64,000 nt of DNA from Botryllus schlosseri (lineage: Eukaryota): positions 8,930,001 to 8,994,000 of the forward strand of contig CM119371.1 of assembly GCA_051294905.1 (NCBI GenBank), read 5' to 3'. Of the stretch, positions 1 to 13,799 are shown piece after piece. The translations under genes and the position numbers were made by a program. Position 1 is the stretch's first letter; each line of letters opens with the position of its first letter. Under the pieces are notes generated by a model. It made no database searches. It saw only the letters and a program-made list of their open reading frames with translations, and was not told where the DNA came from.

Positions 1-917
1 AAAGTTTTTATTCGGCGGACTGTTTAAAAGTGAATCCGAAGAGGATGAAGCTTTCGAATGGTTGTTGGAGCATCAATCCGAAGCCATTATTATTTTTGAC
101 GGGCTTGATCAAGTGAAGTGGGATTTCGAGGAGTCTAGCGTGCGAAAAATCAAAACGTACGAAAAAGCGAGTACCTCGACCATCATGTACAACATCTTAT
201 CACGCAGAATCCTTCGTCATGTCAAAATCATTGTGGCGTCACGTGAATTCAAAGTGTCCGAGTTACCCCCGGAGGCACGTCCGGAAGAAATCATCACACT
301 TAATGGTCTCACACAGCAAGACGCTTGTAAACTGTTTACTTTTCTGCTCTGTGAGAACGGGCAGCGTCTCTGGAAAAAGATTGAAGTCATGTCACCGCGA
401 TTATTGCAACTAGTATCAGTACCGGTTTTTCTAATTTTGATAGCAGTGGTGATGGGAATTGATCCTGATAGACCTCCTCCATCTACCGTGACAAAACTGT
501 ACAGCAGGATCCTGTTAGTCTTACAAAGTGTGAAAAATATCCACAATCGTAAGGAAATCATGTCGATCATAAACAAATTGAAGGCAATGGCGTTTGAAGG
601 CATGAAAGACAGACGAGTCGTGTTCTACCAGGCAGATTTGAATCGGTTTGGAGTTTCCGCGGACGAAGTACAAGATTTGATGACGAAAGTTCCTGGCAAT
701 AATATCCTCAGCCGTCACTTGATGGAAGGCGATTTTACATTCTTCTTCTGTCACCAAAGCATGCAAGAATTCGTGGCAGCTTGTTTTATCTCCGAAATGA
801 ATCTCAACACGTTTTCTCGGTTTAATGACGAACATCTACATAAGAAACGATGGTCCGTAGTTCGAAGATTCGTCACAGGCATCGTTTACATGAAATCTTC
901 TAACGACCTTTACAGCG
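1..917 (+). CDS. NLR-like gene, large NACHT exon (5'-truncated by window edge)
   Basis: Frame is open from base 2. It shows Walker B IIIFDGLDQ, sensor-1 IIVASRE, the HD1 'SVPVFL' motif and winged-helix FFFCHQSMQEFVAA, all typical of NACHT NTPases. Donor G|GTATGT at 918 (phase 1). Confidence 0.9.
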
Positions 918-1788
918 GTATGTAATTATTGTTTTCCACAGCTATTTTACCGCAACACCGATTGATTATTAAGGGTCCCTAATAGTTTATCGTGACTTTG
1001 ATAGCATCGTCAAAGGGGTGGAATAGACGAACGATCTTAAATGCATACACAGCCGGCTAAAAAACTGCTTACATTCAGTCGAAAAAATAAAACTTTACAT
1101 CCAAAATATGCATAGGTTCGTGGGATATGGTTGCGCCAAAACAAAGCGAAAGAGTGTGTATTTACACCTGTGTACCACCCCGGATATACGGGAGTGAATA
1201 TACAGTATACCCACGACACACGAAACCTGCATCTACCTCAGATTTATACCGCAATTTAAATCCGAGTATGAAATTTTAATCCAAACTATGCATGCACTTA
1301 GGAACGCAGAAATGTATGCCCGTAGGATTTATGACCGCAATATAATTTCTAGTTATGTTCTGTTTTCATGCACCACCCTTTTCGGCACTTTGGGTTTTAA
1401 TACATGCCCTTTTCGGTTAAAGTGGGTTGTTGGCTAGTGTCTGGCTACACGACACAAACTTCGACTACTTGCAAAATCCATTCGAAAAGTAGAATGGGTC
1501 GCAAAAACAGGCATATGGAAGAAAAGCATCATATATTGACTTTGTTAAAGAAGAGAAGTTACGTGATTACTGTAGGTAGATTTATTAGGGTAACGTGGGA
1601 GACCAAGTTGATATTGTATCTCAATATCCTGGATTCAGTAGGCCTATGTGTCTTTGTTGCGTATGTGTGGATTTTGTGAACTATATTCCAGAGTTTATTT
1701 GCTCGACTTCAACCGTGTGTAAGCGCAGTAGCGTAAATCTTACAATTTTTACGATAACGAGACAATGATATATCGTATTGCTTTATAG

Positions 1789-2090
1789 TTTCGGATCAAG
1801 CGAAAAAGCAAGAAGTTCTCTCTAAATCGATCCGTTCCCAACTTCAGAAGAGGACTGGACACATGCGCATAGAACTATACACAGCAATCTACGAGTCCTG
1901 GGACGACAATCTTATGAAAGATAACGATGTAGTCGGTGCAAATGCGATCGCATTGAGTGGCGATGAAGTTCATATCATTGGATCGCTTGCAGCAAGGAAT
2001 GAAAGACTTGAAATATTGTATTTACGTAAATGCAGTATCGACGACGAACTATTGGGCATCATTGCAAGGTGTTTCAAGGATCGAATTCAA
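1789..2090 (+). CDS. NLR-like gene, exon with first LRR (LEILYLRKCSIDDELL)
   Basis: Acceptor ctttatAG|TT at 1787-1788 completes the phase-1 codon (G+TT) in frame with ORF 1863. RI-like LRR present. Donor CAA|GTGAGT at 2091 (phase 0). Confidence 0.85.
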
Positions 2091-2918
2091 GTGAGTCATA
2101 TACTGTCTCAAATGACTCATTTCGTAGGTGAAGGAAAACTACATTATGTGCTATTCTGGAATTACACAATTCGGTGCCGATGCTCCGCAAAATCATACTA
2201 TTTGATAATATCAAATCATCATGGAAAGAAATTTAGATGAAGCATGGTGGATCAGCGGAGCCCACACTCATTTTCACGATCAAATTTGTAGGGATGGTGT
2301 AAACGTGAGATTCACGTTCGTGTTCTGTGTGTGAACCTCAGAAATGGAGAGTTTCACGTTCACAAACGAACCTAGGCAGGTTCTGCACTGTGACCCTCTT
2401 TCATTTGTTACAATTTCGACTTCATAACATCTTTGGTTGAAGTTTATTTCATTTCAACTGCGGGTCACCTTGACAATCTCAAAACCTTTATTTGCTTTGT
2501 TACAAAAGTTTGCTCGAATATTTAGTGACTTTCTGCTGTGAGCTGGATCCGCAATCGCACAACATCAAGAGCGAAATATACTCTATGCAGGTAGTCAGTG
2601 AATGATGAGTATTCAACCATTCAATGAAATTGATATCGTTGACTGATGTAAAGAATCTAGTAGGCGCTCTTGATCCATTTTGATTTCATACGTTTATTGC
2701 ATCATAAAAACCACATCATTAAGATTAGGGCTACGGTTGTAAAACTTGTTGATGGGGTAATATACGTAGCAAGTACATAAACCCGTTTTACACTCTGCTC
2801 AATATTAACGCAGCAATAATCAGACGCAGAATACATTGTCCGGTCTGGCCTAGACCGTTAGGAGCATAGATAATAAAGTTAGCTAACCCGGGCGGATGCT
2901 AATTATGTGCATAAACAC

Positions 2919-3361
2919 CAGAGATGAGCATGGATTAGGATTAGGTTTTGAAAAAACAGGATTTGTGAAATTTTGTCGGATTTGGATTGGATTTGGATTA
3001 GACATTTTTTTCAGAACGGATTAGGATTTGGATTGGATTTACTTATTTTCTGGGAGATTGAAATGTCGTGTGGCGAATGGCGACAAACTTTATTCAGATC
3101 AGTTATTATTATCAGTTATTATTAATGTACTTATGGTTACTAAGTTATCTTGAATCAAGTGAATCGTTGGTTGGGAAAGAAAATTTTCGAATCCCTCCAT
3201 TGCATAAATTAGTATTTTTTCTGAATTTCCAGTTGGAATCGGATTAGGATTGGACATGGACTTGAATATGGAAAAGTTATGGATTAGGATTTGGATTTGG
3301 ATCTGAAGGTTCAGATTTGGATTGGATTAGGACATAGAAATTTCAAATCCGCTCATCTCTG
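2919..3361. mobile_element. hAT-type MITE with GGATT(A/T) subterminal repeats
   Basis: TIR CAGAGATGAGC/GCTCATCTCTG; perfect 8-bp TSD ATAAACAC (2911-2918, 3362-3369). Confidence 0.85.
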
Positions 3362-4010
3362 ATAAACACCGCTAATCGGCGTAGATTAGGCGTAGATTAT
3401 AAAGTTAGCTGATACGGAAGAATGCTGATCGTGTGATTAAATACTGTTGATCGCGACGCATAAAGATGGAATGAGGTGATGCGCGATGCATCATAACTCG
3501 AAAACGCGTTCTTGGCTGGCATTCGTCAATATGTTGAATGAAACATCAGCCTGTTGATAACGATACTGCCACTCTAATAGGTAGAATAATCACCATCGCT
3601 TAATAAAAGTCGTGTCAGCTATGAAAGGGATTATAAAATATTGATATCGCTCTGAAATGGTGGGTATACATAATTCGTTGTTTGTTTGGTACGATCATTA
3701 TCTGAAATATGGTGCGTAGGAATGATACAAAGTGTACGCAGTTTTTACAGATAACTAGTTATCAATAGTTTTTATCCTTTTTGTTAAATCATGAGATTAA
3801 AACCAACTTTATGCGATGGGATCAACTGGTTTCCTTAATCCCAATCTGTTAAATCCTGACGAACGCGATAATCAGGTCCGTTCCTAATCCAACTTTATTA
3901 TCTCCGCCCTAAGATGTAAGCTTATATTCCCTTGCAAAGCGACGGAAGATATTGATTTTGTGAAATTATCATATTTGATTGCCCCAGTTGATACATTTGG
4001 CATTGTTTAA

Positions 4011-4242
4011 TGTTATGTTCTTGATCTTGTTTGAAAAATAACTCATACGACGAGGTTGCAATATGAAATCAGTATATTATACAGCAGAATAACTTTAAGA
4101 CAGCGACACGATCCAGAGTACAGTTCAACGAAAGACCGAGACAACAGAACACATTATATAAATACAAGCACGACACACGAGGACATAATAATTGGGTGTA
4201 ATTACTAATCCTATAGAAAGAAAGAGTTGTACGAACATAACA
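4011..4242 (-). repeat. 3' LTR of gypsy element
   Basis: TGTTATGTTC...GAACATAACA terminal inverted repeats; aligns with 12346-12580. Confidence 0.9.
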
Positions 4243-4499
4243 GTCCCCCCCTGTAAGTTGAGAGGGATGCCCACATTTACGTAGGTCTGTAGAAATCGGT
4301 TGGCTTTCTATGTCTACGCGGATAACGACTACCCGACGTAGGAACAGGACTAGATCTAGAACGTTGTGCCCTATTTCTAGCCAATGGTTGATCAACTTGT
4401 GGTTACCGAGGCTGAGCAACTTCCTGCGTGTCTGTATTATTGCCAGCTGAAATTTGGAGTTGGTTCTTATGCTTTCTTCAGTTTTTACAATGTACACAA

Positions 4500-7400
4500 T
4501 ACGTCCCACTTTGATCCGCGTAGGTAACTGCGCGAGTAAACCGAGGAACTAATCTCGAAATGATTCACTGATTGTCCAGGTGTAACGGCTTTGGATTTAT
4601 CGAAGGGCGAGCACAAACTTAACAAATTGCGTGGCTGCCGACCATGTAAAATCTCAGCAGGCGTTTTACAGTCCATGCACGGGTGCCGTGCACAGCGGGA
4701 AGTAGCGAGAAGTGTTTGGAGCGCGAAGTTAATATACATGCTCCCCCGTCGCAATTTTCATCAATCGAGCTCTCGAAGTCTGGACGAAACGCCGCGCTTC
4801 CCCATTTGAGGCAGGGTGAAAAGACGGTGATACGATATGGCTGATTGCCGAATTCGAACAAAACGTATCGAATTCATTCGATGTGAATTGCGGTCCGCCA
4901 TCCGTGACAATTGTTACGGGCAAGCCTTCAATATAAAAGACTTCCCTCAAAGCGTTGACTACACACAAGGTGTGGTGAATCCGACATTCATTACCTTATC
5001 GAAAGAATATTTCGAATGCGTATCGACGATGACAATTTATTTTTTATTTTTTATTGAAACTTCGAAATCCAAGTGAATCCGTTCGAAGCTTTCAGAAGTT
5101 ATGGGCCATTCGCGATACTGACGATCAGGCGCTTTCATTACTTTACGGCAAGCATCACAACTCTTCACGAGATATTCAATGTCGCGATTGATGGAAGGCC
5201 ATGCGATGTAACGTCGAGCCATCTGCTTCATTTTCGCGGTACCATAATGTCCTTCGCGCAACAGTGAAAATGCTCGCGCTCGAAGTGACTGCGGGATTAC
5301 TACGCGCTGAAAACCATCAATATTGAGCATGACCATGGCTTTGTGCAAAGAGAGCGAATGTTTGCGAGTCGAAAACCAAAACAAAATCATGAATGTGCGT
5401 CTTTGTATTGCAGTTACCATAAGTGACAGATAATTTGACTAGTTTCATGGTTTTGTCCTTCAGCGTCGCGAATTTCATTGCGAGTTAATGGTAAGCCTTC
5501 GAATGCCATATTAATAGTGTGAACGATCTCCGCGTTTTCACAAGTTTCCAGTTCGTCAAACTCAGGGTCTGGACCCTTTGTTAGGCGAGATAAACCATCG
5601 GCGTTTCCGTGCTGAATATTCGGTTTATAGCGAATTTCATATTGGTGCCATGAGCGTTAGTGCCCATCGCTGTAAGCGTTGCGCTGTAATCACGGGAATT
5701 TTCTTATCCGGCGAGAAAATAGCTAAGAGCGGTTTGTGGTCCGTTACGACCGTAAATTTTTTACCATACAAAAATTGACGAAATTTAGTGACCCCGTAAA
5801 TGATTGACAGAGCTTCCTTCTCTATTTGAGAGTAGGATCTCTGCGAATCAGAAAGCGTTTTCTATGCGTGCGCGATCGGTCTCTCTTCGCCATTGTGCTC
5901 GATTGAGACGACGGCGCCGATTCCGAATTGAGAAGCATCCATTGACAAAATGAGATGCTTGTTCACATCATAATGAGCTAATTTCGTAGCGTCGATTACG
6001 TCGTTTTTGAGATTGCGAAAAGCTGCGTCCCAGTCCGTATTCCAAATGAATTTAGCATCTTTTTGAAGGATACGGTATACCGGAGCGGCTTTATTCGTAA
6101 AATTAGGAATAAACGTGCGATAATAATTGACTTTGCCCAGGAACGCTTGTAGCTGGCGAACACCCTGAGGTTCAGGCAACTGTTTGATTGCTTCAACGGA
6201 TTTGTTAGACGGGCGTTTGCCGTCCTTGTCAATTATGTGATCAAGATACTCGATAGTACTTTTGAAAAATTCATATTTAGTGAAGTTGACGGTGAAACCG
6301 TATTCGGTGAGGCGCTCAAAAAGTAGCGATAAATTGCGAATATGGCCGCGTTCATCAGTGCCAGTAACGATTATGTCATCGATAAAACTAGCAACACCGG
6401 GTAAGCCGGCGATCATGGCATCAATACTACGTTGAAAATTTGCGGGACTGGATGCGACTCCGAAACATATGCGTCAATAACGGAATAGACCGAATTGCGT
6501 GTTGACGACACACAAATTATTCGCATCATCATCTAATTCTAGCTGAAAATATGCATCGGCAAGATGAATTTTTGTGAAAATACAACCACCCTGTAACTTG
6601 TGAAGGATTTCATCTAAGGAGGGCAGGGGATATTGATCTATCTGAATTTGTTGATTCAATGGTTTGAAGTCACCACAAATGCGTACTGATCAATAAGATT
6701 TAGTGACGGCAACAATTCCTGCTGCCTTGTTTGACTAATCTATTCAATTCGGTTTGAACAGCGATTTGCCTTGTGAAAGGCAGAGGACGTGGCTTGTTGA
6801 ATACGGGCTTGGCATTAGGCTTCAAACGAATCGTCACCTTTGTCTTGGTGCATCGTCTTAATACATTAGAGAAAACGGAGGGAAATTTGGACTGAAAAGA
6901 TACTAATTTGTCGTTCGATTCAGAAATATCAATAGTATTACATGATTGCGATTTGACAATCTGCGAGGAAATTGCATCCAAAGCAGACGTTCCCTTAGCG
7001 CTCATGGAGAAAGCATCGCTCCAATCGAGACCGAAAATGTTTTGCCCACGGTGTTCGTCGAGATCTACCAATTTTAAGCCAACTCGAACTTCGGAACCCA
7101 CCTTGCAGTGCATATACCTTTCACTTTCAGTGGTTTGTCGCCGTACGCTACGAAATAGCAATTGTATGCTGAGAGTTTCGGAGAGTCCAAAGTTTTGTAC
7201 CCAGTCAATCCAACCATGGCCGAGGGTGCACCAGTGTCCCTCTGTGTCGGCAACAGAATGCCGTTGATGCTGGAGTTGATCTGGAGCTGGTTTCCCACGC
7301 TTCGATATAGTTGATCGATGTCGAAGGTGAGAAGCGGCACTGAGCAGAAATTGACAGATGTGACCTGTTGCGTGACACTAGGTTTGGTAGATATGCACAC
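4500..7400 (-). pseudogene. Disrupted pol (PR-RT-RH-IN) of gypsy element
   Basis: ORF fragments 7074-7400, 6700-7161, 6474-6659, 5862-6416, 5037-5420, 4729-4968 and 4485-4754 carry successive pol motifs in gypsy order. Confidence 0.9.
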
Positions 7401-7897
7401 AGGTTCGATATGACCTTTACGACCAGATTTCAGCCATACTGCATATCGGTATTTACAGTCTTTTCTCTGGTGATCGATTAAACAGCGACTGAAGGATTTC
7501 AGTCTTTCCGGAAAGTTGCTCTGGATGAATTTGGAAGCTTTTTCCCCTTCTGATAACTTCCCGACATTTTATTGACGACGGAAATATCTTTACCGTTACT
7601 CTCGCTCTGGATAACCTTATCAGTTTCCAGCGTTCTCACGTATGTTGCGGCTACTTTGAGAACGACGTCAAGGGATGGATTGGTTTGTGTTAGACCAGGG
7701 GTTCTCAACCCGCGGCCCGCGGACGTTTATTTTGCGGCCCGCGACACCCTTCACTAAGAAGGCAGTTGCTACTTACACAGTATTGTTACATATTAATTTA
7801 GCTAATATGCTCTCTTCTCGCACCATCTCTGTTTCGTTAGATTACTCATTCTTTGATGTGTTCTGGTTTCTCGATATATGCTCGCGAGCTTAGATTG

Positions 7898-8050
7898 CAG
7901 GGTTAAAATCAAGTCACAAGGCTCCGAGTCATAATTCAATCTCACTTTTATAGTTTTGACTCGAGTCAAGTCGAGTCATTTCCGTATTTTTAGAAAATGA
8001 CTTGAGTCAAGTCGAGCCATCATAAAATCGAGACCCGAGTTACTACCCTG
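7898..8050. mobile_element. Short GACTCGAGTC-repeat hAT-type MITE
   Basis: CAGGGT...ACCCTG ends; degenerate TSD ttagattg/atagatag; same motif family as 33765 and 38206. Confidence 0.6.
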
Positions 8051-8930
8051 ATAGATAGATTGTTATTGTTTTGAATCGGTATTTGGCTGGACTCTGGTTC
8101 AAGAGAATCCATCTGCGTAGTACACCTTTACAGTGTTTCAGTCACCGCGAATGGTTTGAACAGAAACACGAACAAAGGTAATTAAATGTCCAAAATCTGG
8201 TTAGTAACTCTGCGTGGAACAATGAATTTGCTTTCTCTGATATAAATGAAAAACCGATGTGTCTTATTTGTCGAATAACACTAGTCATAACGAAGCGTAG
8301 AAGTTTAAAATGATACCATGCACGCAGTGGCGGCTCTTGACAATATCGGGTGGTGGGGCAAGGGCTGCAAGCGACTTTTTATTAAGATGACGTCACAATG
8401 GCGTTTTCCAACGTAAACAAGTAACTTAATGATGGTATGGTAACATGAATTTGCCGGCAACAGTGATTTTAACGTATGTGCCACGAGAGGTCCGCCGGTG
8501 AGCTGTGACTTGAAGTGTGGTAACTGCGTAAACGGCGTACGGAACAAAGATTCAACACGGTTCATGTTCGCACTAGACCTCGAAATGACTATAACTCGAG
8601 AGATAGCGTAAGCCTAACTGGAAAGGTCAACGAGTTCGGACAGATACGCAATTGTTATCTCATAGATTGGGCCTGACATATTGAATCCAAAACATCATTC
8701 TGAAGAACTGACTGGCAGCCTCAGAAATTCGGTCTCGGTACAGCATAGGAGATTTTGGCCTTGAAACTGGAGACTGTAACACGACACATACGGCTTTATT
8801 ACTGTCTATAGGTCTGCTGCGAAATCGCCTTTGGAAAATATATTACCGAATAAATACGTGGATGAAAGCTTCATCATCGAGAAGTGGTCTCATGACCCTT
8901 TTTGGTATGGTACACTGTCAAAATTAATGC

Positions 8931-9527
8931 ATCGAATTTTGCGAGTTGATGAGCTGTATCGCTTCGAAGTATCAAAAGTTGTTCACAAATATTTTTCCAA
9001 TAGTCTGCCTCCTGTGTTTGATGACTTTTTCATACCTGCTAAAAATGTCCATTCCCATTACACGAGATCCTCGTCAAAGGGGAATATCTACTTACCCCCA
9101 CCCAATAGCAACCTAACTAAGAGATCTATCGACTACTCGGGACCTATCATTTGGAATGCATTACCGCCACATATCCGTGAATTGCCTTATGATAGATTCA
9201 AAAAAGCCCTACTTGATCACCTCTTATCGTTACACTAACACTGTCGCCTTACCTCGCCCAGACATTGCTTCATTGATCATTTGCTACCATCGTTTAATTT
9301 TTCTTCTATTTTATTTTTTTTAACTACTGTAACTTTTTTTACAGCCAGACTGTTTAGAGTCAAGTGTACCTGTTTGATGCTGGTGTGATCAGACTAGATG
9401 ACCCTCACGGTCTTATCGATCATTCCTATCTAATACCGAATACTGTGCATGCATATTTTCTGTACCACCACCACTGCCGTGTGTTATGTATTTTGGTTTG
9501 ATGAAAAATAAAGACTCTCTCTCTCTC
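8931..9527 (+). mobile_element. 5'-truncated CR1/L2-like LINE 3' end
   Basis: ORF2 C-terminal motifs HSHYTRSS...YSGPIIWNALP...FKKAL, then a 3' UTR, AATAAA and a (CT)n tail. Possible TSD TAATGC. Confidence 0.8.
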
Positions 9528-9855
9528 TAATGCGAACAGACCAACGCCGAATTTTGCGCAAAATTTACTGAGAGGCTGATCAAGTGATCAGCTGTTAGCC
9601 GCCATCGATAACGAAATAGTTATCGCGCTTGACAGCAGTGGGTTGTGAGCAAATGGCTTGAAGGCCACAATTTCACGGTGAAATTGACATTGGAGAATAT
9701 AATATCAAAGTAAATATTTGAATGCAAACTGAGAATGATATCATCATCTCAGTTAACGTTACCGCAGATACACCACATTTTGCGTGAAATCCGCAATGCG
9801 TTGTATGCTAAAGTGTCAGATCGGAGCACATCTCTACCATACTCGACATTGATAA

Positions 9856-10345
9856 CGAAATTACTGCCCTAATCACTGAGTATCAACCTTGAGACTTGGC
9901 ACAGCGTTCGATACTAAAACCAAGACATACCATGCAAAAGCTTATGACGGATCTAGGTAAGGAGTATCGTTAAAATCAATAGATACCAATACCGGCTTTG
10001 CGTATAATCTGTTAGCGATAAATGACGAGTCAGCTCTCACTCGAATTAGGAAACGAAATTACGACTAACACAGTTGAGTGAGAAACCTAAAACTTGGTAC
10101 AGCGTTCGATACTAACATTAAGACTTACCGTGCCAAATTTCATAACCGATCTCAGTATTGAACATCGTCAAAATCAATGGATACCAATACCGGCTTTTGA
10201 GTAAAATCTGTTTGTGATACATGACGGATCAGCACACACTCAACTTCGGAAACGGAATTACTACCCTAAACTTTAAGTAGAAACCCTGAGACTTGGGGCA
10301 GTGTTAAATATCACCGTCACGACATGACATACCAAGTTTCAAGAG
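9856..10345. repeat. Degenerate ~198-bp tandem repeat (~2.5 units)
   Basis: Recurring 'acttgg.acagcgttcgatactaa' and 'aaaatcaat.gataccaataccggcttt' at ~198-bp spacing. Confidence 0.7.
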
Positions 10346-12345
10346 TTTTCATGGTGTGAATCACCATCAAAATCGACCTATACCAGCAAAGGTCGACTAA
10401 ACGCGTATTACGGTAATCGAGTTCAGATATAGATACGATTGTTACATCACACCTTAGGGGCGACCAGGCATATTTGCCACGCTTGCTCGGCCATTTTACG
10501 AATAGGAGAGAGTTAATCACCGTTTCTTTATTGTGCGCGGCTTTGAGAGAATAGACAGTGAAAGCTTGTTATGAGCGCTACCGGGGCATGCCCCGGCTAG
10601 GCATTCGCAAAGCGAAAACACGGAAGAGAATTCGATTTTCGCAGAGACTTCGCTATATATTGGCATTTACAAGCGAAAGGACAAGAAGAATACGATTTTC
10701 GCTGTGATTTCGGTATATATAGATTGGTGTGCGTCTATAAATGGTAAAGAATTGTTATTGAACAGAATATTAGGTGGGGCAATGTCCCAGATGCCCTATA
10801 CGACGAGCCGCCACTGCATGCACGGCAGTTTCTTCTGGAGTTATGCATATCGCCCGATCTTAGAACAAAGCTTCGCTATAGCCAGGTGTCAAGCCCAGCA
10901 ATCCATATTTCGAGGATTTGTTAAAATTGCCGAGGACGTTACAGAATATCGTTAAACCAAAGAAATCTGCTAGAGAAGGTGTGTTAATACCGTAACATAC
11001 CGTGCGAATATTCGCGGTTTCCATAACCTAGCAGCAAGGACAACATTACCTGACAAATTTCGAAGCTATACAGTTGTCTCATTCAACCGTGGCCGAAATA
11101 GTGACAGCAATGTCAGTTGATCTGTTATAGCATGTTCTGAAACACGTTACCGCGTGGACTACGTTAGCCTCATTGGACGAATCCACCGACTCCACAGCAA
11201 ATCCTATTGGTGCATTTCATCAGAGTAGACATATTTGCAGAGGAATTACTGGCGATACTGGCAGGGAAAACGTGATGAGCTCGGTTCTCTGGTGGAAAGG
11301 TGGATATACCGACTTGTCAACGAATGCAATGCACGCCCCATGAAGGGATTTACTTGCGCCGCTAGAATATACATATTCTCACAAAAAAAAAAACAGCAAC
11401 TGCAAACTTACGAACCCTGTGCAATAATGCTTTAGAATGCATAAAAATGTACTAAATGCCCTTATACGACTGGCAAATAGGCTACAGTAGCCTGAATTTA
11501 ATAGTAGCCCACATATACATGACAATAATTTTCTGCGGCCCGCAGCGTCTTTTGGCGTTAAAATGCGGCCCATTATGCAGGCGAAGTTGAGAACCCCTGT
11601 GTTAGACAATGCCGTTTCACATCCACGTGCGGCGTTTCTTTAATGATGAGATCGCGCATTTGCTCATCAACGTAGCTCTGATAACAGCCTTCTCTTGAGC
11701 ACGTGAAGTTGCAATCTTTGGAGATTCCGCGTAGAGTAGCGATCCAGTCGGCATACAACTGTCCCGGTTGCATTTTGCAATTGTAAAATCCGTACCTGGC
11801 TGCTTGCACATGGATTGAGTCCTTGAAGTGTGTAGTCAACGCGACGAAGGTTTGAGCACTGACATCAGCAGCACCAAACAAATTACGAAGGAGTGAGTAT
11901 AGGTTTCAGGTCCGACCCATGAGAGTAGACACGCTCTTTTGTCTCGATGTTGGAAATGCCGTAAATTGCTAGGTGATGGTTGGATCGTTGCAGATATTGG
12001 TCGCATTTTTTCTTTGATTTATAGACGAATCAAGCTTGGGAGGGGTAGCTTCAGATGTTGACGCTCCGGGACTTAACCTCTGCACTAATTGCGATATAGC
12101 TTCCTCATGTTGTAGTTTTTGCTGTTCCTTATCTTTTTTGTGCTGTGCGCGTTGTTGCTCCAAATCTTCTCTGCGCCGAAAATTTTGCTGCTACAAATCT
12201 TCTCCACACTGTGCTTTTTGATTTGCCATTGTTTCATGTAGGCTCGCCATCATTGCCTGCTGTTTCTCAAGCGGCTTCAGTATACCTGAATCCATTCTTT
12301 ATCATCGTCGCAGAAATAACTATGAATCCGACTTCTGACACCAAT

Positions 12346-12580
12346 TGTTATGTTCTTGATCTTGTTGGAAGAATAACTCAGTACCACGAGGTTGCAATAT
12401 TTAATCAGCATATTATACAGCGGAATGACTTTGAGGCTGCGACACGATCCATAGTACAGGTAAACGAAAGACCACGAGACAACAGAACTCAGGGTATAAA
12501 TACAAGCACGACACACGAGCAAATAATGATTGGCTGTAATTACTAATCCTATAGAAAGAAAGAGTTGTACGACACTAAAA
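12346..12580 (-). repeat. 5' LTR of gypsy element
   Basis: Direct repeat of 4011-4242 (about 88% identity by manual count); adjacent PBS at ~12324-12343. Confidence 0.9.
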
Positions 12581-12673
12581 TGTAAATGCACGAGCATAAG
12601 ATTTGAGAAGTCAAAATGTACGTCAACATTGTGGCATTATGTGGCCTGAGTCGTCGCTAGGTATCGTGTCCGG

Positions 12674-13799
12674 CAGTGGTTCTTAACCTTTTTTTCTCCA
12701 GCGCCCCCTTCCAAAAATTGCCCGAGTCTGGATTCCCCCTATTTTAAGGACTGTAGTAAAAACAATGGGTAAGTGGCCAAGTCCGCTTTCTGGTTGGAAA
12801 TTCACTATTATATCATTCGACTTATTAACAGTATAAATGTATGTGCTATTCTCGGGATCAAATGCAGGTTATAAAACCATCGGGTAACGGCCTACGGGCT
12901 CAAAGCATTTGGTTCGAGATTGATGTACACATCCCGAATTCTCGTTTGCGCTCGACAATACGGGGAAGTTAATTGTATTGGGTTTAGTTTTATTGCTTTG
13001 TGTGACCACTAAATCAACTGAGAATGTGGCAGAGATTTGCTCCCATTAGGCTTAGTCCTGCACCGAGCTCTTAACCCTAACATGAATGGGGGTAACAACA
13101 CTAAGAAGTATCAGCTTTTATGATACGATGAAGAAATATTCTGACGATTAAATTTTGTAGCTCTCAAATGCAAGTATATTTAGTCAAAACATCTTTAATA
13201 TACGATGGGCATCACTCTCAAAAGTCGTACAGTAGCCTACAGTGCCTTTTCGACACGCTGTGCGCTGCAGGATAAAATACCTAGTTCAAAACATTTTGTG
13301 GAAAATAACCCGAGCTATCAGTATAACTATTAGTTTATTATTATTTTCATCATTTCAAAACAACACAAAACTGCGATACAATGAAAAGATAGGAAGGTGT
13401 CGAAACGACTTGAAGTAGCTAGCGTGAGGGTAGTGTTATAACAGGGAATTGGCAATCCAAATAATAAACGTACGCCCAATTAATTTACATGAATTAAAAT
13501 AAACAACTGCACTCATGGAAACAGGTTCGGTGGATATTTCGAGATGAGAGCAACGAAAAACGTTGTGATTTGACAGATTTTGTCAAATGTTAGTTTGCAA
13601 TGAGAACTCCGGGATATATAGAACTATTGTTCTACTATATATTCATAATGTCATTAGTACACGATCTAAGCCATTTTTCTTCAGCGCCCCCCACACCGCC
13701 CCCTGGGGTCAGTGCCCCCCATTTCGCACCCTGAGCGTCCCCCCTTCAAAATCCAAATCGTCCCCTGGGGTGCGCTGGAGACAAGGTCAAGAACCACTG
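12674..13799. mobile_element. hAT Charlie-type non-autonomous element
   Basis: TIR CAGTGGTTCTT/AAGAACCACTG; TSD gtgtccgg/gtgtacgg. Confidence 0.8.

Larger units (their letters stand above)
7696..11599 (+). mobile_element. hAT Charlie/Buster-type element with transposase remnants, inserted in gag
   Basis: TIR CAGGGGTTCTCAAC/GTTGAGAACCCCTG; perfect TSD TGTTAGAC. Remnants: WNNEFAF..KPMCLIC (BED finger, ~8215-8320), IQLSHSTVA and LDESTD (~11060-11200). Confidence 0.9.
4011..12580 (-). mobile_element. Decayed full-length Ty3/gypsy (Mag-like) LTR retrotransposon
   Basis: Two ~232-bp LTRs. PBS TGGTGTCAGAAGTCGGATTC (tRNA-Leu-like) lies next to the right LTR and a G-rich PPT at 4243-4251. Coding remnants: gag with degenerate double CCHC, protease DTGA, RT FIDD, RNase H DASQFGIGAV, integrase H..CxxC/TDGGPQF/HPASNG. 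Many stops and frameshifts. TSD tttaa/tgtaa. Confidence 0.95.

Noticed and set aside
2930..3335. Telomere-like TTAGG repeats
   Set aside because: Irregular GGATT(A/T) motifs bounded by TIRs and an 8-bp TSD, so these are MITE subterminal repeats.
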